Positions 58,645 through 64,000 of a DNA stretch of 64,000 bases are shown in pieces. The stretch covers positions 4,554 to 68,553 of the IMG/VR virus record IMGVR_UViG_3300022927_002861. The stretch is one strand, 5' to 3'. The notes under the pieces are model-generated. The model was not told the origin of the DNA, searched no databases, and saw only the letters and a program-made list of their open reading frames with translations. The translations under genes and the position numbers were made by a program. This DNA is from a virus. Position 1 is the first letter of the stretch. Each line of letters opens with the position of its first letter.

Positions 58645-58983
58645 ATGGATACTACTCACAGCACAGATTCAAAATCACAATCAGATTGGAGAAAACGCGA
58701 AATGGGCGCTCTTTGGAAAAAAGACGGCAAAACCCAGCAATTCTATTCTGGTTTCTTAAAACTCAACAAGGGGACTCCCGAAGAAAAAGAGCATAACATT
58801 GTTGTTTTCTTAAACAAGATGAAAAGTAGCGAAAAAGCTCCTGATCTAATCATCTATGAATCTGCAGAACAACCTTCCTTCATTAATGAAGGTGCGATGA
58901 CATTATCTGCTGATGATTCAAGTTCTTCTAGTTCGCATGAAGACGAAAGAGATGCGATTCCCGACACATTTCTAGATTCTTAA
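58645..58983 (+). CDS. DUF736-like protein with acidic tail
   Basis: 'GALWKK..FYSG..VFLNK..APDLIIY'. Confidence 0.6.
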   Translation: MDTTHSTDSKSQSDWRKREMGALWKKDGKTQQFYSGFLKLNKGTPEEKEHNIVVFLNKMKSSEKAPDLIIYESAEQPSFINEGAMTLSADDSSSSSSHEDERDAIPDTFLDS

Positions 58984-59007
58984 TTTTTTTTATTTTTTAA
59001 AAAAATC

Positions 59008-59036
59008 TTGACTTTAGTGTTTTTTTCTGCAATAAT
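59008..59036 (+). promoter_or_regulatory. Sigma70-type promoter, probably leaderless
   Basis: TTGACT-17 nt-AATAAT with TGn; ATG follows after 6 nt. Confidence 0.55.
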
Positions 59037-59042
59037 ACTATC

Positions 59043-59315
59043 ATGACAGAAAAAAAAGTTACTTACAATAAAGACGGGTCTACCAGAAAATCTGGCAGTG
59101 GTAGAAAGAAAGGAGCAAATTCTTTTATTAGAGTCAGTTATTCTCAACTAAAAGATTACATTGGTGAAAAAACTCCAATTACAGTTAGTAGAGTTTGGCT
59201 AGAGAGCCTTGGTTTCTCTAGCCAAGAAAACTCTACTGTGATTCTAAAATCAGAAAAAGAGAACAAACCGACCGATGAAGATAATAAAATCCTTTTTAAA
59301 GTTCATAAAGATTAA
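59043..59315 (+). CDS. Small basic hypothetical protein
   Basis: AT-hook-like 'GSGRKKG'. Confidence 0.6.
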   Translation: MTEKKVTYNKDGSTRKSGSGRKKGANSFIRVSYSQLKDYIGEKTPITVSRVWLESLGFSSQENSTVILKSEKENKPTDEDNKILFKVHKD

Positions 59316-59331
59316 TTAGAAAGTAAAAAAC

Positions 59332-60279
59332 ATGAATAAGCAAAATAGAAATACCTTTGACCACTTAGTTGGTCAATCAAATGTTAAAAAGAAATTAGAG
59401 TTTTACCTTAAAGCTGTAAATAAAACAGGTGTCAGTCCTTTCTTGGGTTTTTTTGGGGCTAAGGGTTTGGGCAAAACCGAGTTTGCTAATGCATATGCTC
59501 GTAACTTAAAAAACTCAGATGGGTCTATTAGACCTAGAATTGAAATTAATTGCTCTACCATCAAGAACAACGATGCTTTTTTTGAGCAAATATTTCTTCC
59601 CCAAATCTTAAACAACGAGGTTACAATTATATTTGATGAAGCTCATGAGTTGCCTTCTGACCTTACAGCCGCATTGTTGACGATTTTAGATACTAGAGAA
59701 TCTCATTTGCGTAATTTCACTTGGAAAGATACTGTATTTCCTTTTGATTTCGCAAAGCAAACATTTTTATTTGCGACAACTGAGAGTGATAAGCTCTTTC
59801 CACCACTTAAAGACAGATTAACTTCTGTTGACTTTGATCCTTATTCTTCTAATGAATTGGGAGAAATTATTAAAAGATTTATTCATGCAGAAATCACCGA
59901 TGAAGTTGTAGATAAATTAAGTCTTGTAGTTAGAGGTAATGCTCGCAATGCTATTATGAAGGCTAAAGATATCAATCTTTATATCGCTTCGGAAGATATT
60001 TCTGTATTTAATGCTTCTCACTATGAGAACTTTTGCAACATCCTTGGTATTTTACCTCTTGGCATTAGTTGCACAGAGAGACAAATTCTTAATATTTTAG
60101 AGGAGTGCGGTTCTTGCACATTATCTATGTTATCCGCCAAAACAGGTTTAAGTGCTACTTCCTTAAGGCAAGATCATGAAAAATATTTAATCATGCAAAA
60201 CCTAATGGAAATAGATGTAAAAAGAAAACTAACTTCTAAAGGTAGATCCATCATACAGGCTTGTAATGTTCATTCATAA
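59332..60279 (+). CDS. ruvB: RuvB-like Holliday junction branch-migration ATPase
   Basis: 'FDHLVGQSNVK', 'GAKGLGKT', 'IFDEAH', 'ATT..PLKDRL', 'RGNARNA', winged-helix 'HEKYLI..RKLT.KG'. Confidence 0.85.
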   Translation: MNKQNRNTFDHLVGQSNVKKKLEFYLKAVNKTGVSPFLGFFGAKGLGKTEFANAYARNLKNSDGSIRPRIEINCSTIKNNDAFFEQIFLPQILNNEVTIIFDEAHELPSDLTAALLTILDTRESHLRNFTWKDTVFPFDFAKQTFLFATTESDKLFPPLKDRLTSVDFDPYSSNELGEIIKRFIHAEITDEVVDKLSLVVRGNARNAIMKAKDINLYIASEDISVFNASHYENFCNILGILPLGISCTERQILNILEECGSCTLSMLSAKTGLSATSLRQDHEKYLIMQNLMEIDVKRKLTSKGRSIIQACNVHS

Positions 60280-60787
60280 ATTTGACACTAGAAACGCTGG
60301 TTCGATTGGTGACAAAGCTGAACGAATGTTTGTATCTTTAGCGGGCAAGAGAGGTTTTAAAGTCAAGCATTCAAATTTAAATGAAAACAAGATGTCAAGA
60401 ATTGATTTCTTTCTAGAAAAAAATGATGTTATCAAAAGTTTTGATGTTAAGGCTAGAAAAAAAATATCCTATAAAGATTCTTCTTATAATGATAATTGGA
60501 CATGGGTTGAGTTTATGACTGCCGATGGTTTTCCAGGCTGGCTTTATGGAGAAGCAGACTATATAGCTTTTGAAAAAAAAGATTTCTTTATCTTGGTGGA
60601 CAGGGTTTCTTTAAAAAATTTATCAGAATCTTTGGTTAACAGAAAAAAGCAATTTGCAAAATTAGCTTGGGATGCTAAATACAGAATATATCAAAGAAGA
60701 GATAATGAAGAAATCGCTTTAATTAAAACAGATGATATTAAAAAATTAAACAGAATATCTATTTGGAATAAAAATCATGGACTTTGA
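60266..60787 (+). CDS. PD-(D/E)XK nuclease-like protein
   Basis: 'GDKAERMF', 'IDFF..FDVK', 'WVE..GWLYG.ADYIAF'. Confidence 0.7.
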   Translation: MFIHKFDTRNAGSIGDKAERMFVSLAGKRGFKVKHSNLNENKMSRIDFFLEKNDVIKSFDVKARKKISYKDSSYNDNWTWVEFMTADGFPGWLYGEADYIAFEKKDFFILVDRVSLKNLSESLVNRKKQFAKLAWDAKYRIYQRRDNEEIALIKTDDIKKLNRISIWNKNHGL

Positions 60788-60998
60788 CGAACAAACAGAT
60801 GCTTTTAGATTTGAGCTAGATAATCTTTGTGATAGATTTTTGGATGAATTCGATATTAATGTATTTACAGAGGTAGGGGCTTTAGAGGAAAAAAGAATGG
60901 AAATACAGAAAATTTTGTGTATTATTAATGATAAGAAAAAAGAATTAATAGGTGAAGACATTGAGTTCGAAGTAGACGAAGACTTTTTTGAAGATTAA
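60777..60998 (+). CDS. Small very acidic protein
   Basis: 73 aa, D/E-rich. Confidence 0.6.
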   Translation: MDFDEQTDAFRFELDNLCDRFLDEFDINVFTEVGALEEKRMEIQKILCIINDKKKELIGEDIEFEVDEDFFED

Positions 60999-61025
60999 TA
61001 TTTCTTAATAAATATAAACTAAATT

Positions 61026-61667
61026 ATGAAAACTAAAACATACATTACGGCACTTTTGTGTCTGATTTCTAACGTCGCTATTGCGGGTTCTGCAAGTATT
61101 GGTTATACTTCTGACTACTTCCGCAGGGGTGCATTGCTTTCCGAAGAAGCAGTACAAACTTCTGTTGGTCTAGAAAAAGAAGTTGCTGGTTTTGCTTTTT
61201 CTGTAGGAGCATCAACAAATCAAGCTATTTCAGTTGGCGAAGATTCTTATGTCATTGAAGGTGGAGCATCAAAAGCCTTTGGAGAATTGCTTAATCTTTA
61301 TGTTGGTTTACAACATTTCGAGCAACGTTCTGGAGATGCAACTCTTGAAGTTAATCTTGGAGCATCTTTTGATACAGTACTTTCTCCTTCTTTATCTATT
61401 TTCAGAGATACTGACGATGAGCTTTACACCTATGAATTAAGTGTTTCTCATTCTATTTCTACTGAATTAGCTGAATTGGAACTTTCTGCATTATATGGAA
61501 ATACTGATCTTACAGAATCAACTGACGAAGATTATTATGTTCTTGGAGTCAAGGCATCCAAGTCTTTGTCAGAAAAAACTTCTCTCGAGCTGGGTTATGA
61601 TTATGTAGATTCAGATTTGATTAATGATGAGTCTATCGTTTCCGCTTCGGTTGTATTTTCTTTCTAA
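61026..61667 (+). CDS. Outer-membrane beta-barrel protein (TIGR02001/TorF-like)
   Basis: Signal peptide, 'SDYFRRG', amphipathic beta strands, C-terminal Phe ('SVVFSF'). Confidence 0.75.
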   Translation: MKTKTYITALLCLISNVAIAGSASIGYTSDYFRRGALLSEEAVQTSVGLEKEVAGFAFSVGASTNQAISVGEDSYVIEGGASKAFGELLNLYVGLQHFEQRSGDATLEVNLGASFDTVLSPSLSIFRDTDDELYTYELSVSHSISTELAELELSALYGNTDLTESTDEDYYVLGVKASKSLSEKTSLELGYDYVDSDLINDESIVSASVVFSF

Positions 61668-61688
61668 TCATAAACAAACAATAATATT

Positions 61689-61946
61689 ATGAACGAAGTA
61701 GTAAATAAAGTAAAGTGCGCCATCTGTGGCATCAGCGCTGTTTTAACGTCAGTCATTGGACTTCTAGTACTCGCCCAAGTGGTTTTTGGAGCTGGTTCAG
61801 GTATCAATGTTATCGCAAACCTTCAAGCCATTGTTGATGGTTTTGTTGGAACTGGAGCGAGCCTTGCAGGGGTTATTACATTGCTATTGATTGTCGGTCT
61901 TCTCGCTAAGAGTGGAGACGGTGAGTGTGCGCTCAAAAAGAAGTAA
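61689..61946 (+). CDS. Small two-TM membrane protein
   Basis: Two hydrophobic helices; apparently in one unit with the barrel gene. Confidence 0.7.
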   Translation: MNEVVNKVKCAICGISAVLTSVIGLLVLAQVVFGAGSGINVIANLQAIVDGFVGTGASLAGVITLLLIVGLLAKSGDGECALKKK

Positions 61947-61963
61947 TAAATACTTATTTCTTA

Positions 61964-61996
61964 GCCCCAGCCCCTAAAAAGGCTGGGGTTTTTTTT
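61964..61996 (+). terminator. Rho-independent terminator
   Basis: GCCCCAGCC-loop-GGCTGGGGT followed by a T-tract. Confidence 0.9.
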
Positions 61997-61999
61997 AAT

Positions 62000-62464
62000 A
62001 TGTTTTTAATATACTATAGCATCACAGTATTAAGCAAAAATTCATGCAAATCTTTTATTAAGGCAAAAGATAAGGCTTCCGCTAAATCAATTTTTTTAAA
62101 AAAAATAAAAAAAGATTTTCCTGATTGCTTGTTAAGTGATATTAAAATTTATAAGATAAATCAAAATAGATATAAAAGTCGTTGTATTTCTGATAAAAAT
62201 TGGGATAAAATAATTAATTATTCATACCCTAACGGAAAACATAAACTTTACAGGTTTTCTCAAAAATCTTGGTTTAACGATTTCTATCACAACAGGAATT
62301 CTGATGGAACTTTTAAATTAAAAAATATCCCATGGAATAAAGGTTTAAAAATTAAATTTATTCGCAAGGATTCTTTGGGGAAATTTTCAAAATCTAGGTC
62401 TGCTTGTGGTGAATTTAAAAAAGGCATAAAACCTTTCGTAATTGGCAGTTCTTTGTGTAAATAA
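62000..62464 (+). CDS. Hypothetical basic protein, paralog of the 53874 N-terminal domain
   Basis: Shared 'KS.[IV]KA..A..I..KI..D.P' and 'W..I.N..[FY]PN..L[FY]' pattern; 'IPWNKGLK'; start moved to ATG 62000 after the terminator. Confidence 0.65.
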   Translation: MFLIYYSITVLSKNSCKSFIKAKDKASAKSIFLKKIKKDFPDCLLSDIKIYKINQNRYKSRCISDKNWDKIINYSYPNGKHKLYRFSQKSWFNDFYHNRNSDGTFKLKNIPWNKGLKIKFIRKDSLGKFSKSRSACGEFKKGIKPFVIGSSLCK

Positions 62465-62468
62465 ACTT

Positions 62469-62819
62469 GTGACTACATTATCTTCTTTTTGTTTAAAACA
62501 TTCGGAAAAAGAATTATTTAATTCTATTTATCGCGAATTCATAGTTGACCAATTTAAACCATCAGACAGTTACAGGTTCGCAAACTTTTTTCATATTATA
62601 TATGAAAGTTTAAAAAAAATAAAAATAAAAGAATTCCATCAGGATAAAATTCTTTATTTAAAAGAATCAAACCTTTTCATTAAAGATTTAAAAGATGAGT
62701 CTTTGATCCCTTTCGTTAATTTTTCCTACAAAGATTTGTTTAGTTTTTCATGCGAATCTACTTTGGATGATTTAGAATTACATTATATTATATATGTAAT
62801 AACGACTTATTACGCTTAA
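62469..62819 (+). CDS. Hypothetical protein
   Basis: Open frame; in-frame GTG 9 nt after GTGTA; start uncertain. Confidence 0.45.
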   Translation: MTTLSSFCLKHSEKELFNSIYREFIVDQFKPSDSYRFANFFHIIYESLKKIKIKEFHQDKILYLKESNLFIKDLKDESLIPFVNFSYKDLFSFSCESTLDDLELHYIIYVITTYYA

Positions 62820-62820
62820 A

Positions 62821-63381
62821 ATGAAAAGGCATAAAGAAGATATTATACGTTTACACAGAGAAGGTAATTCTTATTCAGAAATTCAAAAGGTATTAGGGTG
62901 TTCCAAGTCTACTATTTCATACCATTGTGGAGATGGCTCAGAAAAAAAACGGACAAAAAAAATAGTAAAAGAAAGGAGTGCTATCGTTAGAAAAATTTCA
63001 GCTTTCCGCTCTAGAACCTCAAAAGAAGAATTTGACAAGCAATTAAATAAAAAAATAAGCATAAAAACTAAAACATTCAGAAGAGCAAGTAAAGGATCAA
63101 AAACTCACGGCTTAGTAAACAATATAAAAAAAGATTATAGTTATAAAGATGTGCTTGATAAAATTGGCAAAAACCCTCAATGCTATTTAACTGGAGAACC
63201 TATAGATTTATCTGATTCTTCTTCGTATCAATTAGATCATATAGTACCTACATCTAAAGGAGGTACGAATGACTTGAGTAATTTAGCGATTTGCACAAAA
63301 CAAGCTAATATTGCAAAAAGTAATTTATCCTTAGAGGAGTTGAAAGAACTTTGTGAAAAAATATTAAAACATATATCTTAA
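62821..63381 (+). CDS. HNH endonuclease with N-terminal HTH
   Basis: 'GNSYSEIQKVLGCSKSTISYH'; 'CYLTG..LDHIVP.SKGGTNDLSNL..ANIAK'. Confidence 0.85.
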   Translation: MKRHKEDIIRLHREGNSYSEIQKVLGCSKSTISYHCGDGSEKKRTKKIVKERSAIVRKISAFRSRTSKEEFDKQLNKKISIKTKTFRRASKGSKTHGLVNNIKKDYSYKDVLDKIGKNPQCYLTGEPIDLSDSSSYQLDHIVPTSKGGTNDLSNLAICTKQANIAKSNLSLEELKELCEKILKHIS

Positions 63382-63388
63382 TTTTAGT

Positions 63389-63586
63389 TTACTTTAATTC
63401 GTCTCCCGCTTTCCAGTTACTGCACCATTTATAACTTCGCACATTTACCACTTTTTCTTTATCTTCCCTGTTTAGATAATTCACAGCAGTTCGTAAATTG
63501 ACCTGCAAAGTGTCAATCAAGGCATATAGGTCAGCTATTTGCTTTTCTTTATTATTTAATTTAAATAACAATTGTTTTTCATTCAT
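63389..63586 (-). CDS. Small coiled-coil hypothetical protein
   Basis: MNEKQLL start at 63586; minus-strand TTGATT-16 nt-TATCAT upstream. Confidence 0.55.
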   Translation of the reverse strand: MNEKQLLFKLNNKEKQIADLYALIDTLQVNLRTAVNYLNREDKEKVVNVRSYKWCSNWKAGDELK

Positions 63587-63644
63587 TATAATGAATGATA
63601 TATTTCCATAATGAAAAATCAATTTTTTAAAAAATAAAAAAATC

Positions 63645-63673
63645 TTGACATGAATTTGTATTTATGGTTTAAT
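63645..63673 (+). promoter_or_regulatory. Sigma70-type promoter; probable leaderless uvsE mRNA
   Basis: TTGACA-17 nt-TTTAAT with TGn; ATG follows after 6 nt. Confidence 0.55.
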
Positions 63674-63679
63674 GGAATT

Positions 63680-64000
63680 ATGACAAATACAATACTAGGC
63701 TTAACTTGCATTAGCGAGCAACTTAAAGACAAAGATAAGAAAGAATACTCTTTTCGCACTATGACTCGCAAAAGATTTAATGATTTGTGTAATACAGAAG
63801 GTAGAGATGAAGCAATTAAAGAGTTATCTAATAGAATTTTGCATAATGTTGTTGTTACTGAATCTATTGTCTATCATTGCGCTAAGTCAAATATCGGGCA
63901 TTATCGTGTTAGTTCTGCTCTTTTTCCTCTCGTTACCGATGAAACTTTGGAGATTTCTCTTGATGAATTGCCCGATATTGAACAAATTAACCAAGAACTA
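63680..64000 (+). CDS. uvsE: UV-damage endonuclease, 5' part only (runs off the window; absent from the ORF track)
   Basis: MTNTILGLTCISEQ..FRTMTRKRF..HN..IGHYRVSSALFP matches the UvsE N-terminus. Confidence 0.82.
   Translation, partial: MTNTILGLTCISEQLKDKDKKEYSFRTMTRKRFNDLCNTEGRDEAIKELSNRILHNVVVTESIVYHCAKSNIGHYRVSSALFPLVTDETLEISLDELPDIEQINQEL

Noticed and set aside
1421-61440. Many short minus-strand and alternate-frame ORFs in the track (e.g. 1421-1756, 30449-30829, 36095-36412, 52685-53008)
   Set aside because: They overlap well-supported + strand genes and have no recognisable motifs
1-64000. Stop-codon reassignment (alternative genetic code)
   Set aside because: Recognisable genes are full length in code 11 and end in TAA, TAG or TGA with tight packing

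Overview
This AT-rich, gene-dense 64 kb segment is almost entirely + strand and reads as part of a large dsDNA bacteriophage genome. There are no ribosomal-protein or rRNA genes. A PVC-type (TIGR02989-like) ECF sigma factor and a Chlamydia-like ribonucleotide reductase suggest a PVC host, possibly Verrucomicrobia (inference). It contains three glycan-synthesis/modification cassettes (about 0-12.5, 37.8-51 and 55.4-58.6 kb) and a class Ic-signature nrdA/nrdB pair. The replication block has RecA-like, DnaB-like, primase and Cas4/RecB-like nuclease genes, plus a DnaE split into PHP, exonuclease and core genes with guaC in between. Other genes include ClpC, RuvB, two sigma-like factors, a C5 methyltransferase, an outer-membrane barrel, an HNH nuclease and a partial UvsE. 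The most notable feature is a complete tmRNA (48585-49026) with an unusually long, acidic 34-residue tag ending in -EMVA. It lies directly after an ATE1/Bpt-like aminoacyl-tRNA-protein transferase, in a genome with an intact ClpP-docking ClpC, so these may form a phage protein-tagging/proteolysis system. Two promoter classes are visible: sigma70 extended -10 promoters, four with leaderless geometry, and a recurrent GTGTA element before many starts. All protein calls rest on motif recognition by eye; no searches were run.
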